Below are positions 38,103 to 47,658 of a DNA stretch of 60,889 nt, piece by piece; position 1 is the first letter of the stretch, and each line of letters begins with the position of its first letter. The notes beneath the pieces are model-generated. The model ran no database searches and was not told where the DNA came from. It was given only the letters and a program-made list of their open reading frames with translations. This DNA is from an uncultured virus (IMG/VR IMGVR_UViG_3300042363_000729). Its lineage: Duplodnaviria; Heunggongvirae; Uroviricota; Caudoviricetes. The DNA is taken from the IMG/VR virus record IMGVR_UViG_3300042363_000729, positions 62,001 through 122,889 of that record; one strand, 5' to 3'. Made by a program: the position numbers and the translations under genes.

Positions 38103-39502
38103 ACAAAGGCGACGAAACAGTAGACAACAAGAGCCAGTTCCTAAACTCTGCTGAACAAATGGCAGAGAATCTAGGACCTGCACTGTGCTTGGCCAAGTGG
38201 AAGCAAGTAAGTCTGCACTTGCCCACAGGACTCAACAACTCATGCTACCATCCTCCCTTGCACTCAATACCCATTGATGCTATTCAACGCAATCCCAGTG
38301 CCCTACACAATACTGAACACAAGAAAGCTCAACGACAGCAAATGCTGGCAGGCAACCGCCCTGCAGAATGCTCCTACTGTTGGAACATGGAAGATCAAGG
38401 CAAACTCAGCGACAGACACTATAGATCTGGGGAGCCCTGGGCCGCAGTGGACTTTGAAAAGATTAAAAACTCCACTGGAGACGAAGATGATGTTATACCC
38501 AGTTATGTTGAGGTTAATTTCAACAACGCTTGTAACCTCAAGTGCAGTTATTGCAGTCCCCAGTTTAGCTCTAGCTGGTCAGACGAAGCTAACCGTCTTG
38601 GTGCTTTCCCTACTTCTGCACCACATAATGCTCCTGAACACTTTACAGGGGCTAGACGTGTTATTCCCGCCAGGGAACACAATCCCTATGTTGAAGCATT
38701 TTGGCAGTGGTGGCCCACACTATACCCTGAGCTTAAACACTTTAGAATGACTGGCGGGGAACCCTTGCTAGATCGAAACACCTACAGAGTATTTGACTAT
38801 GTACTGGAACATCCCAAGCCTGATCTGCATCTAAACGTTACATCAAATTTTTCAGTGGACGAAAAGTCATGGCAACGGTACTTGGGCTATGTAAAACGCC
38901 TGTGCCAAGAGGGCAACCTAGAGCATTTTATGCAGTACGTGAGCCTGGATGCCTGGGGCACACAAGCCGAGTACATACGCAATGGTTTGAATTTTGATCT
39001 GCTGTGGGACAGAGTAAATCAATTCTTGACCGAGGTACCCAGCTACAATTCATTAACGTTTATTGTTACCATGAACAATCTTTCAGTGTGCAGTCTTGAA
39101 AATCTTTTTGCCGGCATTTTGGGCCTGCGACAGACCTACTCAAAGACCTATCAACGTGTGTGGTTTGATACGCCTGTGCTACGTGAGCCTGTGTGGCAAA
39201 GTTTACAAATCTTACCCGAAAGCTATGCTGAAAGACTGGAACACTTGTGGGCCTGGATGATACGCCAAAGCGAACAACCCAGCGACCCATTTCACGGGTT
39301 TAAAGATTATGAACTGGCTAGGTTGGACAGAGACATTGCTTGGATGCGAGCAGGGCAGGAAAAAGATCATGCCGTTGCCAAAGCAGACTTTTATAGATTC
39401 TTTAGTGAACACGATCGTCGACGCGGAACTGATTTTCTAGCAACTTTTCCTGAAATGCGAGCCTGGTGGGAGGAGTGTGCATATCATGCTAGGCAAACGT
39501 AA
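38093..39502 (+). CDS. Radical SAM protein 1 with N-terminal twitch-like domain
   Basis: CNLKCSYC (CX3CX2C) and TGGEPLL; N-terminal CLAKW...SCYHPP...CSYCW. Confidence 0.9.
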   Translation: MAMNKGDETVDNKSQFLNSAEQMAENLGPALCLAKWKQVSLHLPTGLNNSCYHPPLHSIPIDAIQRNPSALHNTEHKKAQRQQMLAGNRPAECSYCWNMEDQGKLSDRHYRSGEPWAAVDFEKIKNSTGDEDDVIPSYVEVNFNNACNLKCSYCSPQFSSSWSDEANRLGAFPTSAPHNAPEHFTGARRVIPAREHNPYVEAFWQWWPTLYPELKHFRMTGGEPLLDRNTYRVFDYVLEHPKPDLHLNVTSNFSVDEKSWQRYLGYVKRLCQEGNLEHFMQYVSLDAWGTQAEYIRNGLNFDLLWDRVNQFLTEVPSYNSLTFIVTMNNLSVCSLENLFAGILGLRQTYSKTYQRVWFDTPVLREPVWQSLQILPESYAERLEHLWAWMIRQSEQPSDPFHGFKDYELARLDRDIAWMRAGQEKDHAVAKADFYRFFSEHDRRRGTDFLATFPEMRAWWEECAYHARQT

Positions 39503-40589
39503 GATCATTGTGGATGAATGGGCCGAAGTATGGGACTTGCTAAAGCCCCATGCTGATGCTAGTTTTTGGCAGTGGCCCGACACACCTGATTTAGATGCAG
39601 TGTACGTTGTGGGCCGTGTGGTGCTACGTGATCGCTGGGCTGACATCACAGCCTGGGCAGACCAGCATCCAGGACAGGTTGTTTTTTCAAACCCTGCTGA
39701 AGGTTCTGAAACCATACTGCTACAGCTTCGACGACTGCGTATTACCGAGCACATAATGGATCGGCGCATGGGATTGTTAACGTCGGGCAACTTAGGCATA
39801 GATTTGCCTTACTGCCAAACTGACTGTTACTTTTCAAACATTGTTGAATACTTAGAGAATTTACGAGCACATGAAAGTGTGCCGCAGATGCGTCACAAAA
39901 CACACAAGCCCTATAGCTTTCTCATGCTGAATGGTCGATTAAGACCGCACCGCAAGGCCATGATTGATGCCTTGCGTGAGCGTGATTTACTGGATCAAGC
40001 ACTATGGACCAATCTAAATGCCCAGGTTGAAATGGCCTTTACCAGCCAGCTGGTGACAGCGCAGACCGAGCCCATTAGACTGTTACCGCCCGAATACGAA
40101 ATTGAACGTGCTCGACCCAACATGAGCACAGCACCTGAACATGTGTTTGCCAAGCATCATTTGTTTGGCGACACCTGGGGCGATGCCATTGTGAATCCTG
40201 ATGCGTACATTGACACTTACTTTAGTGTGGTAACCGAAACCATTTATGACTATCCGCACACGTTTAGAACTGAAAAGATCTGGAAGCCCATGATAATGGA
40301 GCACCCATTTGTTGTGGCAGCCAATGCTGGCTATTATCGTGACCTGCATCAGGCCGGATTTCAAACGTTCCACAAGTTAATTGACGAGAGTTTTGACAGT
40401 ATAGCGGACCCACAGCAACGATTGGATCGCATAGTTGACACTGTGGCGGATATCTGCTATAATGGTGCTAGTAGTTTCATGGCAGCAGCCGCAGATGTTT
40501 GTAAATACAATTATCTACATCTTCGCGAACACAACCGCCGCGAACGACAACAGCTTCCTGAGCAATTGGCAAAATACATCAATGAATGA
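39486..40589 (+). CDS. GT10-like ('TEKI') putative glycosyltransferase 2
   Basis: FLMLNGRLRPHR and YFSVVTET...RTEKIWKP...HPF...GFQTF...DESFD. Confidence 0.55.
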   Translation: MLGKRKIIVDEWAEVWDLLKPHADASFWQWPDTPDLDAVYVVGRVVLRDRWADITAWADQHPGQVVFSNPAEGSETILLQLRRLRITEHIMDRRMGLLTSGNLGIDLPYCQTDCYFSNIVEYLENLRAHESVPQMRHKTHKPYSFLMLNGRLRPHRKAMIDALRERDLLDQALWTNLNAQVEMAFTSQLVTAQTEPIRLLPPEYEIERARPNMSTAPEHVFAKHHLFGDTWGDAIVNPDAYIDTYFSVVTETIYDYPHTFRTEKIWKPMIMEHPFVVAANAGYYRDLHQAGFQTFHKLIDESFDSIADPQQRLDRIVDTVADICYNGASSFMAAAADVCKYNYLHLREHNRRERQQLPEQLAKYINE

Positions 40590-41928
40590 TTTGGAATTTA
40601 GACAGCAGGTGCTAGACCCTATTAGTTCTAGTTTTTGTGCGGCCAAGTGGTACAATGCGACCATTTGGTTGGGGTCAGGCATGACAACAAGTTGTCACCA
40701 TCCCCCGGCCCATTTGGTGGACAAAGATAAAGTCCGTGCCAACCCTAGGCTCCTGCACAATACTGATCAAAAGAAAGCAGATCGTGCGCAAATGCTTGCT
40801 GGAGAGCGCCCAGCAGGTTGCGAGTACTGCTGGAAAATTGAAGACATGGGACGCGATGCTGTGAGCGACCGTGTGTACAAAAGCAAAATATACTCCATCA
40901 AGGCACTAGATGACGCTAGAAATACACCCGCCAATAACGACGTTAACCTACGCACCCTGGAGATTGCTTTTGATCGTACTTGCCAGTTTGCTTGTAGCTA
41001 TTGCAACCCTGCATTTAGCACAACATGGGTTAATGATATTCGACGTAACGGAGCCTATACCAACCTTGTTAGTGATGGGCGCAACCATTTCACTCACACT
41101 CATGACAGTAGTCAGAAGTACAAAATTACAGAAGCTAATCCATACATTGATTCTTTTTTTGCATGGTGGGACTCGGATCTGCATCACACACTGCAAGAGC
41201 TCAGAATCACAGGCGGAGAGCCCCTTATGTCAGCCCACACCTGGAGACTCATTGACTGGTTTAAAGAGCATAAGGGCAAGAGTACTACACGCTTGGCTAT
41301 CAATAGTAACCTGGGAACTGATGTCGATATTGACCGTTTACTCTCGAGTACTCAGGGCATGCAAATAGACCTGTACACTTCAAACGAAGCACTAGGATCG
41401 CAGGCCGAATACATACGCGATGGCTTGGTTTGGGCGGACTGGGTCAACAATGTCAATCGCTTGTTAGACAGCAAACAGTTCCGTGGTATACATGTGATGT
41501 GTACCATTAATGCCTTGTGCTTGGACAGTTTAGATAGTCTATTAGATTGCATACTAAATTGGAAAACCAAATACGGACGTGAAGCCATTAGTTTCACATT
41601 GAACATCTTGCGTTTCCCCAGCTTTCAAAGCCCGCTGATACTGCCCACAGCATCGAAAACACACTATAAAACAGTGTTGGAAACTTGGTTGTTACAAAAC
41701 AGTCACAGTGAATTCTTGCACGAACACGAGATCAATCATTTACAAAGATTAATTGATTACTTGGATGTGGTAAAAACTCCGCACTCAGACACATTTGAAA
41801 TGCCCAAGCTACTGAATGACTTTAAACAGTTCTTCTCACAGTATGATCAACGTCGCGGCAAAGACTTTGGCACTGCGTTTCCCAATTTAAAAGACTGGTA
41901 TGACTCAATACAAATACAACAGCACTGA
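40582..41928 (+). CDS. Radical SAM protein 2 with N-terminal twitch-like domain
   Basis: CQFACSYC and TGGEPLM; CAAKW...SCHHPP...CEYCW. Close paralogue of rSAM 1; the ATG at 40582 gives an 8-nt overlap. Confidence 0.9.
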   Translation: MNDLEFRQQVLDPISSSFCAAKWYNATIWLGSGMTTSCHHPPAHLVDKDKVRANPRLLHNTDQKKADRAQMLAGERPAGCEYCWKIEDMGRDAVSDRVYKSKIYSIKALDDARNTPANNDVNLRTLEIAFDRTCQFACSYCNPAFSTTWVNDIRRNGAYTNLVSDGRNHFTHTHDSSQKYKITEANPYIDSFFAWWDSDLHHTLQELRITGGEPLMSAHTWRLIDWFKEHKGKSTTRLAINSNLGTDVDIDRLLSSTQGMQIDLYTSNEALGSQAEYIRDGLVWADWVNNVNRLLDSKQFRGIHVMCTINALCLDSLDSLLDCILNWKTKYGREAISFTLNILRFPSFQSPLILPTASKTHYKTVLETWLLQNSHSEFLHEHEINHLQRLIDYLDVVKTPHSDTFEMPKLLNDFKQFFSQYDQRRGKDFGTAFPNLKDWYDSIQIQQH

Positions 41929-43162
41929 TCTAGTTCGTGCCACAGAGCTAACTGACCGTGAAGAATTCTTGTTAAAAGAATCCAAAACCTTCTGCATGTA
42001 TCCTTGGATTCATTTGCATGCCTATCCCACCGGCGAAGCATATCCTTGTTGTCATGCTGAAATGAAGCCAGGCATTGTGGGCAACTGTAGAACCAACACA
42101 CTAGCGGAAATATGGCAGGACCAGCCCATGCAAAAGCTACGTGCAGACATGTTGAGCGAAACTCCCCATGCCGCCTGCACACGCTGTTATGAACAAGAAG
42201 AGTCGGGCTTTTTTAGTGGCCGTAAGAGTGCAAACAAGCATCATGGACATCACATAAAGAAGCTGGCGGAAAATCCTTTTGAAATGACCTATTGGGATAT
42301 TCGTTTCAGTAACCTATGCAACCTAAAGTGTCGTAGCTGTGGACATATCTTTAGCTCACAATGGTATCAGGATCAAGCCAAGCTGGCAGGGCCAGAATGG
42401 AAAGCTCGCAACACAGTTCTTAACTATGCTGGCCGTACAGAAACAGACATATGGTCGCAACTGGAGCCCCATTTAGACTATGTGGAACAGATATACTTTG
42501 CAGGTGGTGAGCCATTATTAATGGAAGAACACTACAGAATCTTGGAAGAACTTGTTAGACGCGGCCGCTTTGATGTGCGTTTAATATACAACACCAACTT
42601 CACACACACTGATTTAAAGGGCCGTAGTGTATTTGATTACTGGAAGCAGTTTCGATCAGTAGCAGTGGGTGCTAGCCTAGACGATTCAGGCACCAGAGGC
42701 GAATACATACGCAAAGGCACTGACTGGGCTCAAGTAGAACAGAACCGCAGAGACATGTTGCGTGTGTGTCCCGAAGTGGACTTCTATATCAGCCCTACCC
42801 TGAGCATCTTGAATGCTCTGCACTTGCCGGACTTTCATCGTGACTGGGTGGAAAAGGGCTTGATTCGCGCTCAGGACTTGAATGTAAATATCCTACAAGA
42901 CCCTGCATACTATAGAATAGACATAGCGCCTGCCGAATACAAAGGCGTGTTGCTGGCCCGATACCGCGAACATATTGAATGGCTTCGCAATCAAGACCCC
43001 TTGCAACGAGCCACAGTGGGTTTTGAAAGCGCCATTACTTTTATGACAGCCACAGACAATACTCATTTAATAGACTCTTTCTGGCGTAAAACACATGAGC
43101 TTGATGCCATAAGAAATGAATCAATATTGGATACAATTCCAGAATTACGAGCACTAAAATGA
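41900..43162 (+). CDS. Radical SAM protein 3 with N-terminal twitch/SPASM domain
   Basis: CMYPW...GEAYPCC...GN...CTRC, then CNLKCRSC and AGGEPLL. Confidence 0.9.
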   Translation: MTQYKYNSTDLVRATELTDREEFLLKESKTFCMYPWIHLHAYPTGEAYPCCHAEMKPGIVGNCRTNTLAEIWQDQPMQKLRADMLSETPHAACTRCYEQEESGFFSGRKSANKHHGHHIKKLAENPFEMTYWDIRFSNLCNLKCRSCGHIFSSQWYQDQAKLAGPEWKARNTVLNYAGRTETDIWSQLEPHLDYVEQIYFAGGEPLLMEEHYRILEELVRRGRFDVRLIYNTNFTHTDLKGRSVFDYWKQFRSVAVGASLDDSGTRGEYIRKGTDWAQVEQNRRDMLRVCPEVDFYISPTLSILNALHLPDFHRDWVEKGLIRAQDLNVNILQDPAYYRIDIAPAEYKGVLLARYREHIEWLRNQDPLQRATVGFESAITFMTATDNTHLIDSFWRKTHELDAIRNESILDTIPELRALK

Positions 43163-44373
43163 ATATACCACATGACAAATTCTGTGTACTGCCCTGGGTG
43201 AGCCTAGAAGCCTCACCCATAGGTACTGTGCGCCCTTGCTGTTTGGCCGATGATGAAATTGTGGACAATGCAGGCCGCAAGTTTGAATTGAGCACTGCTG
43301 ACTTTGCAGACATACAAAACAGTGATCACATGCGTGGGTTGCGAGAAGAATTTTTGGCAGGCAACAAGCCACAAACATGTAGAAAATGCTGGAATGAAGA
43401 ACGTGGTGGTCGTACTTCAAAACGCATGCACACCTTGGACAGACTCAAGCACAGTATTGCACACACTGAATGGACAGCAGATGCCAAGCCGCTAATGTTC
43501 TTGGATCTCAAGCTGGGCAACATCTGCAATTTAAAATGCCGTATCTGCGGTTCATGGTCGAGTAGCCAGTTTGCCGCAGAAGAAATTGCACAGTTGCCCC
43601 CTGAAGAAAAGAAAAAGTCACACGCTTATACTATGCTACGAGCCGGGGCTTGGCCCAGAGAGAACACTCAGTTCTGGCAGCAGATTGATTCAGTTGTAAA
43701 TGACATACGCTATATAGAGTTTACTGGTGGTGAGCCGTTCATGATTGAAGAACACTTTGCAATGTTGCAGGGCATAGTGGATCGTGGTATTGCGCATCAA
43801 GTGGAAATACACTACAACACAAATGGCACACAGTATCCTGAGGCAGCAGAGGCAATATGGCGGCATTTTAAAACAGTAGAAATAGCATTCAGCTTGGACG
43901 ACGTGGGTGAGCGCTTTGAATATCAACGCACAAACGCTGTGTGGGCAGATGTGTGTGCCAACCTAGATCGTTTCCGTGACTTAAAAGAAATCCACCCCAA
44001 TATTGAACTGCAAGTATGCACCACAGTGAATGTGTTTAACGTGCGTTACCTTGGGGACATTGCAGCCTGGTTAGAACGCAATCGCAAAAGTTTTACGTTT
44101 GTGTACTGGAATATGATGCACGATGCTTGGTACTTCAGTATCGCTTGCTTGCCTGACAGGGTCAAACGGGCCATTACTGAATATCTCAATGGTGTTGACA
44201 CCATTTACAGATCAGAATTTGATCGCATAAGAGACTTTATGAATTCAGGTGCGTCAACTGATGGGTTCATGACTAGAATGAAAATAGCAGATCTAGACCG
44301 CAAACGCAATCAGGATCTACAGGCTGTAGCGCCAGAGTTAGCTGAGCTGATTGAGTACAATAAAAATGCCTAA
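43159..44373 (+). CDS. Radical SAM protein 4 with N-terminal twitch/SPASM domain
   Basis: CVLPW...GTVRPCC...CRKC, then CNLKCRIC and TGGEPFM. Confidence 0.9.
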   Translation: MNIPHDKFCVLPWVSLEASPIGTVRPCCLADDEIVDNAGRKFELSTADFADIQNSDHMRGLREEFLAGNKPQTCRKCWNEERGGRTSKRMHTLDRLKHSIAHTEWTADAKPLMFLDLKLGNICNLKCRICGSWSSSQFAAEEIAQLPPEEKKKSHAYTMLRAGAWPRENTQFWQQIDSVVNDIRYIEFTGGEPFMIEEHFAMLQGIVDRGIAHQVEIHYNTNGTQYPEAAEAIWRHFKTVEIAFSLDDVGERFEYQRTNAVWADVCANLDRFRDLKEIHPNIELQVCTTVNVFNVRYLGDIAAWLERNRKSFTFVYWNMMHDAWYFSIACLPDRVKRAITEYLNGVDTIYRSEFDRIRDFMNSGASTDGFMTRMKIADLDRKRNQDLQAVAPELAELIEYNKNA

Positions 44374-45244
44374 GTTAGTTTATGAATCTCCAGGATCGTT
44401 AAATTCACAATGGATTCAGCCCATTGTGGAACAATACTTTACGGTAGAGCCATACCGGGCTGATCAATATTATGATCGTCACACATTGCTAGTGCAAAAT
44501 CAACCTGCCATAACACCTGCTGGACAACGCATTCAAGATCAGGGCGGCACAATAGTATTTGATAATTTATGGGAACAGCCTTGTTCATGGACCGGTGGGT
44601 ATAGACTGGAACACGCCAATTGGTTCTGGTACAACGAAAGTCTGCACTATCAACATCTAGGTTACGATCAGTATGAACCTGTTCGCAGTTATGACTATTT
44701 GGCACTGATTCCCATGCGTAAAATACACCCACACAGAGACTGGTTGTTGCGGGCCCTTGAGCCCTGGCTAGATCAATGCGTTTGGAGTTACTTGGAACGC
44801 GGACGCAGTCTGCCCAATGATACAGACACTTCTGATCTAAAAGGACAACGTTACATGAATCCCGAGTGGTACAACCGCACTTGTTTTAGCATAGTGGCAG
44901 AAAGCACTGTGAGTGCCAGGGAAATTTTTATCACTGAAAAGACATTCAAACCCATGGCATTTCAACATCCGTTTGTGGTGTGGGCGCAGGCAGGTGTGCT
45001 GAAAAGACTACAAGATCTAGGATTTGAAACGTTTAAAAACTTATTTGATCAAGCATATGATTCTGAGCCAAATGATCGCCGGCGCTTGGCTCTGCTGGTT
45101 GATGCAGTAAATGATTTCAAGCCAATAGAGTACAGCAAAGAAACTGTGCAAAAATTACAGCACAATCACAATCATTTCTTCAGCAACACCGTTGCCCAGC
45201 GTGTGCAAAAAGAAATAGTAGAACCATTAACAGCACTGATATGA
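44366..45244 (+). CDS. GT10-like ('TEKT') putative glycosyltransferase 3
   Basis: HPHR and CFSIVAEST...FITEKTFKP...HPF...LGFETF...DQAYD; ATG at 44366. Confidence 0.55.
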   Translation: MPKLVYESPGSLNSQWIQPIVEQYFTVEPYRADQYYDRHTLLVQNQPAITPAGQRIQDQGGTIVFDNLWEQPCSWTGGYRLEHANWFWYNESLHYQHLGYDQYEPVRSYDYLALIPMRKIHPHRDWLLRALEPWLDQCVWSYLERGRSLPNDTDTSDLKGQRYMNPEWYNRTCFSIVAESTVSAREIFITEKTFKPMAFQHPFVVWAQAGVLKRLQDLGFETFKNLFDQAYDSEPNDRRRLALLVDAVNDFKPIEYSKETVQKLQHNHNHFFSNTVAQRVQKEIVEPLTALI

Positions 45245-46533
45245 ACAAGCCAGAAAATCTTTGTCTTGCTCCTTGGGTACACACATATCTAAGCCCGCAA
45301 ACCGAACGGCGTATGTGCTGTGCCAGTCGTGAACCTGCACAGAACTTTGAACAGTATATAGACACAGCCGCGGGAACCGGTCGATATATACCCGTGACTC
45401 TTGAGGCGCACTGGAACTCGGAGCACATGCGAAGTGTGCGCCGTAGAATGATGAACGGGGAGACTCTCCCAGAATGCGAAGTATGCAATGATAAACTGCT
45501 TAACACATCCGTATATCGCGATTATTTTTCACAATTATTCGGAGCAAGAACTGCTGAAGTATGGGATAACACTCTCCCAGATGGATCGACTAGTATGCGC
45601 CCTGTGTCATGGGATTATAGGTTCAGCAACTTGTGTAATTTTAAGTGCAGAACCTGTGGAGACATGTTATCAAGTGCATGGGAGTCAGAACAAAAGACCT
45701 GGAATATGGTTGATGTTTCAAACAGTAAAAACAATTGGATGGTGCCCGAGATTCGCAAAGAAATATCTTTATTTCAAGACACGCAAATTGAAGCCGAATT
45801 TAATGATGCTGTGGAGCGTCATTCAGTAGAAGAGATCTACTGGGTAGGCGGGGAACCGCTGATGTATGAACAGCATTGGCGTTACATGAAAAGAATTATA
45901 GAATTAGGGGACGGGGACAAATTATATGCAAGGTACAATACTAATCTTAGTCGTGTGGATTATCGTGGTGTTAATCTTTTTCGGGATATTCTTGTTCATT
46001 GCCGTGACTGGCAAATCTGCGCCAGCCTTGACGGAACAGGAGAAATTGGAGAATACATACGCACAGGCCTGGACTATGGGATATTTTTAGAAAATTTCAA
46101 GCAAGGAGTACAATACGCAACAAACCGCAGACAAATGCGTCTTGATTTTACTCTTACCCTGCCAGGCATGTTTGAAATACACAACATGGAACAATTGGCC
46201 GAAAGCATGGGTGTAGAGTTGTTGGCCAAGGTTATATTCTCATTTACCTCGGACATTGCAATGAGTCCATTGTGTTTGCCCCGTGAGTTGTTAATGCCCT
46301 GGATTGATGAACTGTACTCCGGTGCTTGCACACAGGTCATTCGAGACCTGCTACAACAGTTGGCCACAAGACCCACATTTGCAGAACAGTGGCCTGATCA
46401 ATGGCAACAAGGCCTGCGCCAAGGCAAAGCTCGTGTGTTAAAACTGGAACAAATAAGAACACAATCAGTCACAATGACTGACATTCTGGGCTCCCGTCCA
46501 GAAGTACTTAAATGGTGGATGCAAATTGCTTGA
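45241..46533 (+). CDS. Radical SAM protein 5 with N-terminal twitch/SPASM domain
   Basis: CLAPW...RMCC...CEVC, then CNFKCRTC and VGGEPLM. Confidence 0.9.
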   Translation: MNKPENLCLAPWVHTYLSPQTERRMCCASREPAQNFEQYIDTAAGTGRYIPVTLEAHWNSEHMRSVRRRMMNGETLPECEVCNDKLLNTSVYRDYFSQLFGARTAEVWDNTLPDGSTSMRPVSWDYRFSNLCNFKCRTCGDMLSSAWESEQKTWNMVDVSNSKNNWMVPEIRKEISLFQDTQIEAEFNDAVERHSVEEIYWVGGEPLMYEQHWRYMKRIIELGDGDKLYARYNTNLSRVDYRGVNLFRDILVHCRDWQICASLDGTGEIGEYIRTGLDYGIFLENFKQGVQYATNRRQMRLDFTLTLPGMFEIHNMEQLAESMGVELLAKVIFSFTSDIAMSPLCLPRELLMPWIDELYSGACTQVIRDLLQQLATRPTFAEQWPDQWQQGLRQGKARVLKLEQIRTQSVTMTDILGSRPEVLKWWMQIA

Positions 46534-47569
46534 TCAAATCAAAATGACCCTACGTGGGAACCACAGTGAACTGGACGTTTACATAGACGTTGCTGACAAC
46601 AGTCTCAGCCGCAAATGGCTGGTTGCGCTTAACAATCTGATAGCTCAAGACTGTCATCTTGAAAAGAACTACTGCTGGATGGGCTGGACTGAAAGTGCAA
46701 GAAACGCTGAGTATCTATGCACACAGATCAATCGCAGTATACACGCAATCAATGCCAGCGACCTGGGCTACAGGATTGTAAACTGGTTCTCACCCGCCAA
46801 TGTAATACAACCGGACCTTGATGTTGATCACGAGCGTATGAATCAGTTGCACAGGTATTTTGAAGACCTACAGGGCTGGAGTGGCGGTATCAGCACGTAC
46901 TATCAGCAGGCCACACCCGAAACACGCTGGCACATACGGCAGTTAAACTTGCTGTGCCATGAACTAGAAAATCTTGTGCTGAGCATGCGTAAAGTTGTAC
47001 AAGCACCTGAATGGCGCCGCCCCAGCCAGCTGATGTGCTGGCTCAATGCACCGCGTTTTGCGCTTGAAGAGTCTGATTACGAGTTGTTTGGTATTGATAC
47101 AATCAACAGAAAGCTGGGCGGAGTCTACGTGGGTGTAAATAAAGCAGTGGGCAAGCACCACTGGGAGGTATTCAATGATGAAGGAAGAGACAGCAGGATT
47201 GCCGAATTGGTTACAACCGGACTTCGAGTCCAGACTGAAGCCGCTGGTGACTTTGATATTGAATGGGCCCGTGATCCCGGCGCTTACCATTGGCAACAGC
47301 AAAAGCTCACGGAGTTCCGAGATTGGCTCCGAGCAAATGATTTTGATCCTGAGGAAAAAGCTCTCACTATTGGCCATCCGCAGGTTGCGCAAGTGGATCT
47401 TGAGCGAAGTTTTGGCACCCAGGATTATCAAGCAATCTGGCGCCAGCTAGCTGATCACATGGATGTGTATAAAATTCAAACTGCTGATGCCAAAGCTACA
47501 TATGAGTATCGCTGGAGTGATCCAGACTATGCAGATCAACAAATAAGGAAACTATCATGCACTGGTTAA
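46526..47569 (+). CDS. Hypothetical protein (347 aa)
   Basis: Long ORF overlapping both neighbours in the operon; no family recognised. Confidence 0.7.
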   Translation: MLDQIKMTLRGNHSELDVYIDVADNSLSRKWLVALNNLIAQDCHLEKNYCWMGWTESARNAEYLCTQINRSIHAINASDLGYRIVNWFSPANVIQPDLDVDHERMNQLHRYFEDLQGWSGGISTYYQQATPETRWHIRQLNLLCHELENLVLSMRKVVQAPEWRRPSQLMCWLNAPRFALEESDYELFGIDTINRKLGGVYVGVNKAVGKHHWEVFNDEGRDSRIAELVTTGLRVQTEAAGDFDIEWARDPGAYHWQQQKLTEFRDWLRANDFDPEEKALTIGHPQVAQVDLERSFGTQDYQAIWRQLADHMDVYKIQTADAKATYEYRWSDPDYADQQIRKLSCTG

Positions 47570-47658
47570 GAAAAATTTGGGACAGAATCACACTAGAGAT
47601 TCGCTATCGTAAAAAACTAAAAGAACTGCGCAAAAGAGATCCGTTTATCTACAAATGA
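47557..47658 (+). CDS. 33-aa basic peptide ending PFIYK, not in the ORF track
   Basis: MHWLRKIWDRITLEIRYRKKLKELRKRDPFIYK. SD-like AAGGA lies upstream; ATGA overlap with the carbamoyltransferase. Confidence 0.75.
   Translation: MHWLRKIWDRITLEIRYRKKLKELRKRDPFIYK

Noticed and set aside
40435..40581. Longer N-termini given by the ORF track (also at 33435, 39477, 44351, 60284 and 1393)
   Set aside because: Downstream ATGs give short coupling overlaps or have SD sequences and match paralogue lengths, so the starts were reassigned.
38093..46533. RiPP cluster driven by SPASM/twitch radical SAMs
   Set aside because: No RRE/PqqD domain, peptidase, transporter or clear leader-core precursor is seen, and the neighbours are sugar enzymes. 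Kept only as a minor alternative.
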